Source: Selaginella moellendorffii
Lineage: Eukaryota; Plantae; Lycopodiophyta
Assembly (NCBI RefSeq): GCF_000143415.4
Contig: NW_003314418.1
Coordinates: forward strand, 72,537-136,536
Reading direction: 5' to 3'
Length of the DNA: 64,000 nt
Shown: one piece after another, positions 1 through 12,235 of the stretch
How the letters are laid out: the number at the start of each line of letters is the position of its first letter
Position numbering within the stretch: the stretch's first letter is position 1
Made by a program: the position numbers and the translations under genes
The notes under the pieces: model-generated
Database searches by the model: none
The model's input: the letters and a program-made list of their open reading frames with translations, nothing else
What the model was told of the DNA's origin: nothing

Positions 1-84
1 TCGTTTTATCTCTGCGTATGCAACAAGACTAGTTGCCCAATCTCATTGGATAGTACTCGCCGAGACACATCCTCTTATACCAAA

Positions 85-2278
85 TGTAACGCACGTGGTT
101 TTTACCTTTTATCCTATGGTGATTTACCATAGGATAACACTATGAAGCAGAACCTAAATCCTCTATATGCCACATGTCATATGCCACGTGTCCATAAGAC
201 AGTGGTGTGGAACTTAAGGTTTAGGGCCTTGGGCCACTAAATGAAGGAACAGTGCCAAACTCCAAAGCATGGAGCTAAGGAGGGACGGAACTAGACCACG
301 GAGCAACTTCTGAGCATACAGCCCAAGGAGCGAAGGGACAAGAGCCCAGAGCGACTTGGAATAGTCCTAGAGCAACCAGCATCCCATTGCCAAGACCAGC
401 ATGCAAAACAGAGCCAAATGAAGACTAACGCTATTTTGGCATACTGGTGGCCTAATGCAAGGACATGGGTACTCCACTAGTTAGTATGGAATGGAACTTG
501 GGTTTAGACCCAAGCCGGATGCAAAACAAGGACAGGCATGCAAGTGGGAGCTAAACTATGCCTTAAGTTGGTCGGCCATGCCCAATNNNNNNNNNNNNNN
601 NNNNNNNNNNNNNNNNNNNNNNNNNNNNNNNNNNNNNNNNNNNNNNNNNNNNNNNNNNNNNNNNNNNNNNNNNNNNNNNNNNNNNNCATTGTGTTCAGGC
701 CAATCTTTACATTCCGTAGAAATGTCAAATGAGCAAATCTATATACTTTCCATAAATAGTATTTGGGACCAGAATGAGACTAACACAAAAGGCATGATAG
801 CGAGGGTGTGTGGGAGACATGGTAAAGTATCATCTAGCAATATTGAGTGTCGCAAATGTGACTTTAGGTATCAAAAGTTACCTGTCGGCTAGTCCTTTTG
901 GATACTCTTTCCTTACTGCTATGATGGTAGAAGGTCGGTATTACTGGACCCGTTATCAGTTTCCCACTTGAGCTAGTTGAGAAACTGGTCAATGACCATA
1001 TACTTAGATCGGATAAACATAAGGTAGGAACCCTATGTGAGCATACTCGGCCTGGTTTGAGAAACTCCTGTCATTAGCTTGCACTTGCTAGTATCAAGAA
1101 CCCCCGCGATATTGAGATTGGTCCCTCAATATCGTTGAATGATAGCTTACTATGTCTGCCAAACACCCTCGCTATCATGCCTTTTTGGTTAGTCTCATTT
1201 CGGTCCTAAATGCTATTTATGGAAAGTGTCCAGATTTGCTCATTTGGCATATCTATGGAATGTAGAGATTATCCTGAACACAATGGTGTTTGTCCCCGTA
1301 TCCAAATTTGCAATCTAAAGACATTCCATATTTAGTAAGTTTCAAGTTTGTCCCAGAGACTAACTCCTGATACTAAGGGAGGCGTGGGGTGAAAGCCCAA
1401 AGCGTGTGTTCCTCAAGGGGGGGGGGGGCTGTGAGGGGTTCTAAATGTATAGTAGAGATAGTGGGTAGGTCGGGCATGGCCGACCAACCTGAGGCATAGT
1501 TTAGCTCCCGCATGCATACCTGTCTTTGTTCTGCGTCCAGCTTGGGTCTAAGCCCAAGTTCCATTCCATGCTAGCTGGTGGAGTACCCATGTCTTTGCGT
1601 TACGCCACCGATATGCCGAAATAACACCAGACTTCGTTTGGCTCCGTTTTGCGTGCTGGTCCTGGCATTGGGATGCTGGTTGCTCTAGGACTGTTCCAAG
1701 TCACTCCGGGCTCCTATCCCTTCACTCCTTAGGCTGTAAGCTCGGGAGTTGCTTCATGGACCGGTTCCGTCACTCCTTGGCTCCATTCTTGGGAGTTTGG
1801 CACCATTCCTTCGTTTAGTGGCCCAAGGCCCTGAACCTTGGGTTCTGCACCATTGTCCTATGGACACATGGCATATGACATGTGGCATATGTCACGTGGC
1901 ATAAAGAGGGTTTAGGTTCTTCTTCATGGTGTTATCCTATGGTAAACCACCATAGGATAAAGTGTCAAAACCACGTGCGCTACATTGAGGGACTAATCTC
2001 AATACACGAGGGTTCTTGTCAAGCCAGTGCAAGATAGAGCAAAAGAGAACTAAAAAGCTAGGCCAAGTATGCTTGGCTAAATAGACACTTAGGAATTCCA
2101 TCCTTATGCTCATCCGACCAAGTACAGATGCTAAGCCTAGTTTACTAACATTTGAACAAAAGGGGCCAATAAAGAGAACTAGCAATACCGACCTCCTACC
2201 ATTCTAGCAGTAAGCAAAGAGTGTCCGTAAGGACTGGCCGACAGGTAACTTTTGATACCCGAAGTCACATTCGCGACA
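85..2278 (-). mobile_element. 5' LTR of non-autonomous LTR family A (~1.13 kb), split by a solo LTR of the same family
   Basis: TGTAACGCAC...TTCGCGACA termini. A reverse-complement tRNA-iMet PBS (ctcttatacca, 72-82) is adjacent. Colinear with the LTR at 46697-47825, and bases 1-84 match 52717-52801. Confidence 0.85.
848..1984 (+). mobile_element. Solo LTR of family A inserted in inverted orientation into another family-A LTR
   Basis: TGTCGCAAAT...GTGCGCTACA termini with 5-bp TSD TTGAG (843-847 and 1985-1989). The host LTR reads continuously when the insert is removed. Confidence 0.92.
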
Positions 2279-2282
2279 AGTG

Positions 2283-3088
2283 TATACTATAGCTACTCTT
2301 TTTACGAGTCCTTATTGTGTTAAATTGTTGCAAAGTAATTGTATCCTATCTTTAATTGTGTTGTATAAAGTCATGCGCATCCTCATTATGAGCGTTTGCA
2401 TTCTCCAGTTGATGGTGATATTCAAAAACTCTAAGCTGAGTAGTGGTTATATTCTAAGTGTTGTTATCCTCAAAGTTGTTATTGATACAAGTTTCTAAAT
2501 TCTTGATTCTTGTATTTTTTAATCTTGAATTGCTATCTATGCTTCGATTAATTGTTATTTTTATTCCCCATAGTCCCCAAGGGACCTCCACTTGTTAAAT
2601 CCTTAGTATTTGATTTCTATTTGCTTAGTTGCTTCTTAATAGCTCATCTGATAAATATATATTATTACAAAGGTCATTGCTCACCAACTTTGGGATCGAG
2701 CAGGACTGCATACTATTGCTACTCTTTTTATAAGTCCTTGTTGTGTTAAATTGTTGTAAAGTAATTGTGGCCTACCTTTAATTGTGTTGAATAAAGTCAT
2801 GTGCATCCTCATTATGAGCATTTCCGTTCTCCAATTGATGGTGATGTTCAAAAATTCTAAGCTGAGTAATGATTATATTATAAGTGTTGTTATTCTCAAG
2901 GTTGTTATTGATACAAGTTTCTAGATTCTTGATTCTTGTATTTTTTATCTTGAATTGCTATCCATGCTTCAATTAATTGTTATTTTTATTCCCCATCGTC
3001 CCCAAGGGACCTCCACTTGTTAAATCCTTAGTATTTGATTTCTATTTGCTTGGTTGCTTCTTAATAGCTCATCTAATAAGTGTATATT
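2283..3088. repeat. Tandem duplication of a ~380-430 bp AT-rich unit
   Basis: 2283-~2660 and ~2710-3088 share long near-identical blocks (e.g. ccccaagggacctccacttgttaaatccttagtatttgatttctatttgc). Confidence 0.85.
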
Positions 3089-3169
3089 TTCATTTTCAAT
3101 AATGTGAAGAAGAAATGCAAGTGCTTATTAGTATGTTAAATGGTATACTATTACCAAAAAGGGTTTGGG

Positions 3170-3755
3170 ATAATTTCCATCAAACTAGACTACCTATTTC
3201 CAACTTATTTGAAACATCAACAAAAGAAGAGATTGAGATTCCAATATAATCCTACACTAAAGTTATGTTGTTTAGAGCATCTTGAGCGTCTACAACAATA
3301 ACTAGTCCCTCAGCCACAATTGCATGTATAGCATCCACTATCTTCACAAGAGTTTTATACCATATACTACAAGCATTTATATCTATAAAAGAACAACTAG
3401 AATTAGGGATATTCTTGCATCCGGAAATATTTTTGCTCTCTATCTTCTGTGGAATAACATCTTTATCATTATTCCTTTGTGTTCCAATTGTATTTCTCTA
3501 AGAGATTTTGGTAGGAAATATCTCTATTGGAGACATTAGTTGATTCTGCTTCTATATAGAAAACCCACTAACATCCAACTCACCTATAAGGTGGGAGTAA
3601 TTCAAGTTAAACACCTTAATAATGCAAAGGAAAACACATCTAACTCTTAAAGAAGCACAGTGACAAATGCAAGTAGCATCTAAAGATTCTATTCTTCCTT
3701 TTGCAATTGATTCTCCATTATCCCAAACAATCTCTATTACATCTCCTTTAACTTG
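3170..3755 (-). pseudogene. Relic of the N-terminus of a diverged Sola-like transposase (two Tnp1/EnSpm-like repeats)
   Basis: Translates GDVIEIVWDNGESIAKGRIESLD and IVAEGLVIVVDAQDALNNITLV*DYIGISI...EIGSLV*WKL. These align by eye to GEKVYILNGGKRVAKGTLVSMD and VVAEGLATVVDPRDAVANQELGWDDIGVAI...TIGSIVRWKL of the ORF at 30557. Confidence 0.65.
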
Positions 3756-4072
3756 AGAAAAACAAAGAAAATTACAAATATCAAAACACAAATAGAAGGA
3801 AAAAAGTACAAAAAAAGACAAGCAAATAGGAAAATAAAAAACAAAGCTCCTTTTGTGAATATGAGAAAACAAAACATGAAAATATGTAGCAAAAATAATT
3901 AAAAATGCATAAAATAATCACATAAAGTCAAAGAATTTCTAGCATGCACTTGCACGCTAAAGACCCAATTTAATGTATTGATGAAAGAATATGAGCTCAC
4001 AATAAACCAAAGTCAAATTAAGAGAGAAACAGATTGGTAAGTGCAAGTTTGTAAAATGACCAGAGAAATGGC

Positions 4073-4860
4073 CTGAGAGTGGATATGAAGATGCTCTTCC
4101 AAGGCTATAGCCACTTCTTTGCACACATCAGCTGCATGGCTCGCTGTTTTCAATGTTTTCAACACCGCTTGGCAATACCTTCGAAGAGAAACCTTGTGTT
4201 AACGAAGCATACAGTTAAAAATCACTACCAACCTTAAAGCTTCATTTATCTTTCCCGCTTCAGCAAGCATCGACGCATAAATAGGCTTGTATGGCTGAAA
4301 AGGAAGTAAAATAAACTGGGAATTGCCGGTCACTCTTGCAAATTCGTACACTTCCATTCGCTGATGAAGAAAAGGTTAACAATTGTTAGGACAAACACAG
4401 CTTACCTGGATAGCTTCTGGACTAGTGTATGTGCGTGGATACTTACAATGGTCGGCACCTATAAGACAAAGATTGGCAGAAGAGGAGAAAGGCTCAAAAC
4501 TAGCATTTGCAACAAGATAGCAAATATGGGCTCCACATATCTGCAAGTTAAAACTATGAGAAACACCAACATGTGACCATGTATATACCTCATCTCAATG
4601 TCTCCAGAGAAAATCACCAAGATGCATAATCACTCTCTCGTCCCCATTAGTTTAGTTAGCTGCCATTATAGCTAGGTTTTCCTGCCATTCTTCGAGCATT
4701 CCTTCTACTGCGTCCTGCAAGTCAACATGTACTCCTTAAGCAAGAGAGTAGCTTGATAAAGTATTTCACCTGTGTTGCACCATCTACAATGGACGCTAGA
4801 ACCAGTTGAGGTTGAAGCACTATTGATCTACTAAATTGATTTGCTCAAGTGGTTGATCAC
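4073..4860 (-). pseudogene. SEC16: SEC16 (COPII scaffold) gene fragment with introns, copy 1
   Basis: Spliced reading AHICYLVANASFEPFSPSANLCLIGADH...SPEAIQ|RMEVYEFARVTGNSQFILLPFQPYKPIYASMLAEAGKINEAL|RYCQAVLKTLKT matches the conserved plant Sec16 C domain. Inverted copy of ~43640-44225. Confidence 0.85.
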
Positions 4861-5094
4861 AAGAAAACATGCGAAATATAGTTTCTTTGTTGATCAATTT
4901 TATTGGCAGATTTTCCTTTAAGGAAAAATCTTTTATATCCGAACCAATTTTTGGTTTAGGGGTTTCTTGTCTAGGTATTCCTTTGACTATTAAATAAAAA
5001 TTGACTTCTAAAATTAGCTGAATTTCAAAGAAATCTTTTAAGATTTGTTGTTCTTAGAAACCATCTAAGCCTTCATCCCAATTATAATTGTGTT

Positions 5095-6005
5095 TACGAA
5101 GTTGCTTGGGTAAATGATGATCAACCACAAAGTGGTTGATAGTGAAGCTAGTCTACTTGCAAGTAGTAACATTGTAATAGCTTTGACCAGATTCTTGTTG
5201 GTGGTCCATTATGCTAAGCTTATGTTGGTACCTTGTTTCCTTGGGTTTGCCCATAAAGTGTTGAAAAAGGGTTATAGCATTCATTTGCTATAGCTTAACA
5301 GTTGATCCGTTAGCACTCGGAGTAGATTGTTGGATGGAGAAGATGTGTAGTTGAGGCATTGACATCACTAGCACTTGTATTAGTGGAGATGATATTGTTA
5401 TGTTAAGTGATGAGGAATTTTCCTTAGAGTTTGATGTTTCATATCATTTTTTTTGTTAGTGTTTTAGCTTCATATTGGATCTTGAAGGTAATTGAAAAAG
5501 AGTGTTAGTGCAATGTGGATATCTAAAGATATAGTCTTTGTGATCAAGCCTTGGATATTCATTATGCATTTTTGCGAATGTCAGAAGTATGGGCAAAGAT
5601 GTTCAATGCTTAGACATATTGTTGGATCATGGGAATTTGTGTTGAGGTGAAACTATGTGAAGTTGTAGATAGGAGGAAGTTGGTTGAGTCTTGAAAGTTT
5701 GTATTCCTGGACTGAGAGTCATTCTTTCTCTAGGATGGAAATTTTCGACAAATTTTCTTAGACTTTTCTAATTGCTGATCTGTTGATCATTTTGCTCAAA
5801 AAACATTTCATTTTCATAAGCCAATACAAACTAGTGAATGGGTTGAAGTTGACTTTGGTTGGCTTAGATCTTAATAGGTAGTTTGTATGATGCGACCCGA
5901 AAGGGATGTTGACTTTTGGGGCTAAAGCAATTGAGTTGGATAGCGTCTGGAGTTGGTGTAGAAAAGTGGCCGTTGCACTTTTCTAAGAAGGGTGACCCTT
6001 GTGCC
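5095..6005 (+). mobile_element. Fragment of the family-A internal region
   Basis: Reverse complement of ~50760-51690 (e.g. tttctaagaagggtgacccttgtgcc vs ggcacaaaggtcacccttcttagaaa). Confidence 0.8.
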
Positions 6006-9000
6006 TGAAATTTAAGACGGAATAACAATGGGCCAAGATTAAATACAGTAACAAACTTCAACTTTGACACTGAGGTCCAACATCGAAACCCCAACCTAGA
6101 AATATATATCACTCGCAACCAACAAGGAAGAGTGCATTCAAGAAATCTCAACATTTTAAGAAGTATTTTAGGAGATCCTATGTCAAGATTACAAACTTAT
6201 AATGCAAGAATATTAATTGAGACTATACCTTGGGAAGTTTGCAAAGCGATTGACTCTGATCGTGAAAGAGAACATGTTATACGACAGAGGGAAGTAGAAC
6301 AAAACCGACAAGTACAGTATCAGGGAAATGCACCATCACAAAATCAACCATAGAGAAAAGCACGCTGGATAGATTTGTGCACACATAGGCTTAAAGCAAC
6401 AAGAATCTGTTGGAAACCATACTTTGATGTGTGGATGTCACTTGAGACAAGAAATATACAAGAATTAGGACATTAAAAATACAACCACTATTGTATTCAG
6501 CATTTTCAAATCTTACCAACGACTGGGAAACACAAAAGCTCATAGTGAGAGCTCGCATTCCAAAATAACCAACACATTGTAAGAGATCAAAACAATTTTT
6601 CAAGATTGGACTACTAAAGAGAATTGCAATCGTTTGCATACCTACTCAATCCCAAAGTTGGCGAGTAGTATCCAAATTTACTAGCGAACAGCTAAATCAA
6701 TCAATTTATGATAAAACAGACCTCCTTTCAACAAACAAAATCGTGCTTACTTACACCATCAGATTTTTCAAATACAAGACCTTTCCTAAGCTAGACTCAA
6801 GAAAGTAACCTTGGGACGAAACTCGGGAAGAATCGAGAAAGAAAAACTCGATTGAAGACTCAAGACACAAGAGTTTGACTTTGCATTTATAGTACAAAAC
6901 CAAACTTGCAGAAGACTCAAGACATAAGAGCTTGACTTTGCAATCTATGAAGAACAACAATTGACTCAAGATAACTTAAGCAAAACACAAATTTAGGAAA
7001 CTTACCTCGACATTCAAGTTGAGAAAACTCAGCAAACTCAATGTATAAATAGAAACTAGATCCAATCAAAATCCAGGAAAGAGATCTTTAACAAAATAAT
7101 TGAGAAGTGAAAAACATAGAGGTAATAAAAGAGAAATTAGAACAACAATAACAACAAATTTTAGAAATGATTATAAACAAGTACGACAAGGATAAATAAA
7201 TTCAAGTTGCCGAGTCGAGAAACCCAATCAAAGATAACAAAAAACTGAATATCAAAGACACCCCAAAGTTTGAGGCATTTGAAGAAGCAAAATACACAAC
7301 ACCAAAGTTTTACTCAAATCTGGACTCACTAGAACAACAACTCAACCAACAAAGTTTACAACCACCTATGGCAACCATCAACCCAATGAGTACAATTGGA
7401 AGTATGGTTATATATCCAATTTTCACAAGAAGTAAGTCAGAAGATTCAAAATTACATGTAAAACAATTTAACAAGATTGTCAAAATGAATAATCAAGAAC
7501 AGCATCAAGCTATACTTTTCCCATACACACTTAAAGGAAAAGCTCTTGAGTGGTATAATACACTAGAGGATTTTGTACCACATGACTAGAAACTTGAACA
7601 ATTCAAGGAACAATTCCCAGCCGGAGGAACACCAGAGGAGCATTATGAGAAAATTAAGAATATAAAATAGTGACCAAAGGAAGGAATTCAAGACTATAAT
7701 AGACGATTCAAATTACATGCAAAGAAATGTAAAGATCTCATCACCGACAAAGGCAAGAGTTTGTCTTATATACAAGGATTATGAGAAGCCTATTGCAATA
7801 TGATAGCCTTGGCTGATACATCTGATGAAGAAAGCGTTGATTCACTATCTCAAGGAATTTTAAAACTTGAGAAATAGTTTAAGCAATTCACTAAAGGTGA
7901 ATTTTCTCATGCTAATGATGACTCGGATGATGAAGAGGAAGAAATATTAATCAAAACCAAAAGAAACAGACACAGGGAAAAGACATTAGACATGTATTGA
8001 AGAAGTTAGCTTCAACTGAACTTAAACAAGGAGTCTTTTGTACAAAATGCAAAAATGAAGGACATTCTATTTCAGATTGTAAATTTCATTTACTCAAATG
8101 TCAGATTTGTGATAGGGAAGGATATATAGTCAAGAATTATCGATATAGAAATACCACCAAAGTTTCAAGAGTGGAAAATGTTCAATGAGGACCACCATGA
8201 CAAAATTATCAAGGAAACAACAACCAAGAACAAAGACCACCAAGAAACTATTATTACCAAGATAATCAACAATATAATCAAGGATATAACCATGGATATA
8301 ATCCCCCACGAAATTAAAACTATAGTCAAGGACAAAACAATTTTAGAGGCAATTACAACCAACAACGATACAATGGACAACTAAACAATTATTAATGTCC
8401 ACAAGGGAACAATTACAACCAAAACCAACAAAGGCAATATAATAATTACAACAATCAAGCATCGTAACAAAATTATCAACCAAGACAAAATCAACTACAA
8501 GAAAATCAAACTAGACAACAATACAATCCACAAAACCAAAGAGTCAATCAAGCTCCTGCTGGAAGACCACTAGCAGTATGAGTAGTTCAAGCAGAAATTG
8601 ATGTAAAAGATGAAGAACAACTAATGACTGAAGAACCAGAAGTTTTGGCAATCACAAGAACACAATATGAATGTTAACAATCTGATAATTATGAAGAACA
8701 AAAGGAAAGTGATCAAGCATTAGAAATCGGGAATACCGAGTGGAAAAAGAGTAAGAAAATACTTAACACCATTCAACAAAAGCTTTAAAACAAAGATCCC
8801 AAAATTATTAATAATCAAATACATAATCAAGACGACCAAACTCAAGTATTAAGCTTTACTCAAGATGAGCATACAACCATTGCCAAGCACATACTACAGT
8901 AGGGAATTACTTTAACCCTACAACAAATACTACAAATAACACCATATATGAAAGACCAAATCTTAAAGATATGTAATCGAAGGATCTTTGAAGCTCGCAC

Positions 9001-12000
9001 ACAAGGGAAACACCAATCTCAACCAACATGACAAAAACAACCTAAAAGAATCAAACCCGGTGATTATGATGATGATGTACCTTGTATCAACATACACATT
9101 GCACCATTCATTATATGTATGGTTGATTAAAGAGTTGTCAGACTAGTAGGCATCATCCATGATGTCTCTATGATAATCAAAAGACATAAATTTAAAGCTA
9201 ACTTTGTTGTGTTAAAAATGCCAATTGAAGAATCTTGTTAGGCAGACCTTAGCTTAACAAAGTTGTTTCTGCACAGTATTGGATAGAACATAAGATATGT
9301 ATCCAATCCCAACAAGGACAGACTAAAATATCAACATTGACAAGCAAGAAACTCTCAAGAAGTTTTTGACCAACACAAGTTCAAAAATACAATTGGCAAG
9401 AAGGCTTAGACGATCTTGAAGAAACTAAATTATTTGAAGTATATCTTGAACTTAAGGCAATCCAAGAAATTGACCTCAACAGGATCTTTCCTGTAACCAA
9501 GCGTCAAGACTATGAAGATTCAAAAATAACCCAATTTAAAGAAGACACATACAACAAAAACCACCATACAAAAAGCAAGACCAGCGATACAACCAAAATA
9601 ACTACAAACTACAGAATATCACCTAGATATACAAGATGAACCAGCTTTCACCATTGAAAATCAAGAATTCAAACTTCGCGTAAATATCAATGAAGATATT
9701 GAAGAATTAAATCTAGAGGTTCCCTCAAATCCACAAAATGTCTTAATAGTTACATAACTTGACAAACCTTTTAAACTTGACGCTACTGTGCTCCTTACTA
9801 AGTATAAAGATGTCTTTGCTTGGTTATATAAAGACCTCAAAGGTATACCACCTGATTTATGTGCATATTGAATCGAATTACTTTCAGGAATTCGACCCAT
9901 TAAACAAATTGCTTACCAAATGAATCCAATGTTCGCTGAAAAAGTAAAAGCTGAAATTAACAAACTCTTTGAAGCAGGATTTATATATCCAATACAAAAT
10001 GCCCAATGGCTATCACCTTTAGTCATTGTACCCAAGAAAAATGGGAAATTACGCATCTATATGAACTACAAGAAGTTAAATGATGCAACTACGAAAGATG
10101 CTTTTCCCATCCCATTTTCAGATGAAATACTTAATGCCATCGCCGGTCATGAGATGTACTCATTTCTTGACGATTTTTCAAGTTACAATCAAGTACTTAT
10201 AGCTGTTGAGGATCAACATAAAACAGCTTTCATAAGTCCATGGGGAGCATATGCATACATGCAAATGCCATTTGGATTAACCAATGCCCCATTTACATTT
10301 CAACAGATTACTACCGATACTTTCCAAGATTATCTCACAGATTTCATGTGAGTCTTTATGGATGACTTTAGTGTCTTTGGACCTAAAGACAAACACCTTG
10401 AATACCTCGGACGAAACCAAGTTGCTCTGAATCCTGAAAAATATACTTTCTTTGTTAAATCAGGAATACTCATATTGTTTCCACTCATAGCATTCAAATC
10501 GATAAAGTTAAAACCGACGTCATTATGAAAATGCAACCACCTTATGATCTCAAAAGTTTGTGAAGTTTTCTAGACAAGATGGGTTACTATAGAAGATTTA
10601 TCAAAGACTATACCAAAGTCGCTAAACCCTTAACTGATTTACTCAAGAAAGACAAATTCTATCACTGGACTCAAGAATGTCAATAAGCATTTTTGATACT
10701 CAAAGATAAACTTACACAGGCACCAATTCTTGTCTAACCAATTTGGACTCAAGAATTTCTTGTACAAGTTGATGCCTCTGACTATATGGTAGGAGCAATT
10801 CTTTGCCAAAAAAAAGATGATCATTGTGATCACCCCATATATTATTCAAGTCGACAACTTTCTCCACCTGAAATGAATTATACACCTACAAAAAAAGAAG
10901 CCTTAGGTATGATATATGCCTTAACCAAGTTTCGACACTATTTACTTTCCAACAAAGTAAAAATATTTGTCAATCATCAAGCATTGATTCATCTGCTCAA
11001 CAAATCCATCCTTAGCGGACGAATAGCAAGATGGTTTTTGTTATTATAGGAATTCAATTTTGAAATAGTTCACAAACATGGCAAATACCATGAACAAGTT
11101 GATCATCTCAATAGAATTACAACCGGGGAAAATATACAAGACCCCAACGATGACTTACCTGATTACATCTTTTTAAGATTACCACCCATGATACATTTCA
11201 AGAAATCTTTCCTTATTTAACTACTACAAAAGTTCCCACATCATGTACTACGCAAGATCAAAGGAAACAAGTCATCTTGAGGACATGAGGATACTCAATC
11301 GTCGGAGGAAGACTCTATAGAATTAGACATGATAATATATTAAGAAGATGTGTACGTTCACAAGGAGAGATACACGAGTTACTAGAAGAAGCCCATGCCT
11401 ATTGCTCTGGAGGTCATTTTGTAGAAGAAATTACAGCAAGGAAAATTTTGCAAGCAGGCTTATGGTGGCCTACATTATGGAAAGACACTTCACAGTTTTG
11501 TCAAACTTGTGATATTTTTCAACATACATAATTTCCACCCAAGAAACAAACACAAGAACTGAATCTGACTATAGCAATGGAACCTTTCCAAAGATGGGGC
11601 CTAGATTTTGTAGGACCCATATAAAAGAGCAGAAATGGAAATCAATATATTTTGGTGGCAACAAATTATATGACAAAATGGGTAGAAGCCCAACCACTCA
11701 AGAAAGTGATAGCAAAGGAAATTAATAAATCATAGTTTTATATTAAGTTTATGAAATGATTATCACAAGATATGGATTACCTCGAGAAATAGTAATGGAT
11801 AGAGGAACACATTTCCTCAATGAAACAATCAAGATTTTACTAGATGAATTTTTCATCAAACACAAGAAATCTACACCATATTATCCACAAGGTAACAGCC
11901 AAGCCGAATCCACAAACAAAACACTCAAGAATATACTGAAGAAAATAGTACAAACCAATCTTAAAGATTGGGATAATAGAGTTTATGATGCTCTTTGGGC

Positions 12001-12002
12001 TT

Positions 12003-12235
12003 TGTTAAGCACTAGCTTTGACCACGTGGTCAACGTCGGTCAAAGGGAGGCTCAAGGGTATATTAAGGCATGTTAGGGTAAGGGACTTGACCTACCCTAG
12101 GGCTCATAGTGGAGCAGTAGCGCAGTGGAGCTTTTGAGGTAGCTCAGGGGTGGTTGGGTGGTGAGGAACCTCAAGAGGTGGCGTAGTATAGTCTAGGGCG
12201 ACTAGATCTTTGTCTTTTTGCACTGGATCATAACA
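12003..12235 (+). repeat. 5' LTR of the nested Gypsy
   Basis: Direct repeat of 16205-16437, followed by the PBS. Confidence 0.93.
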
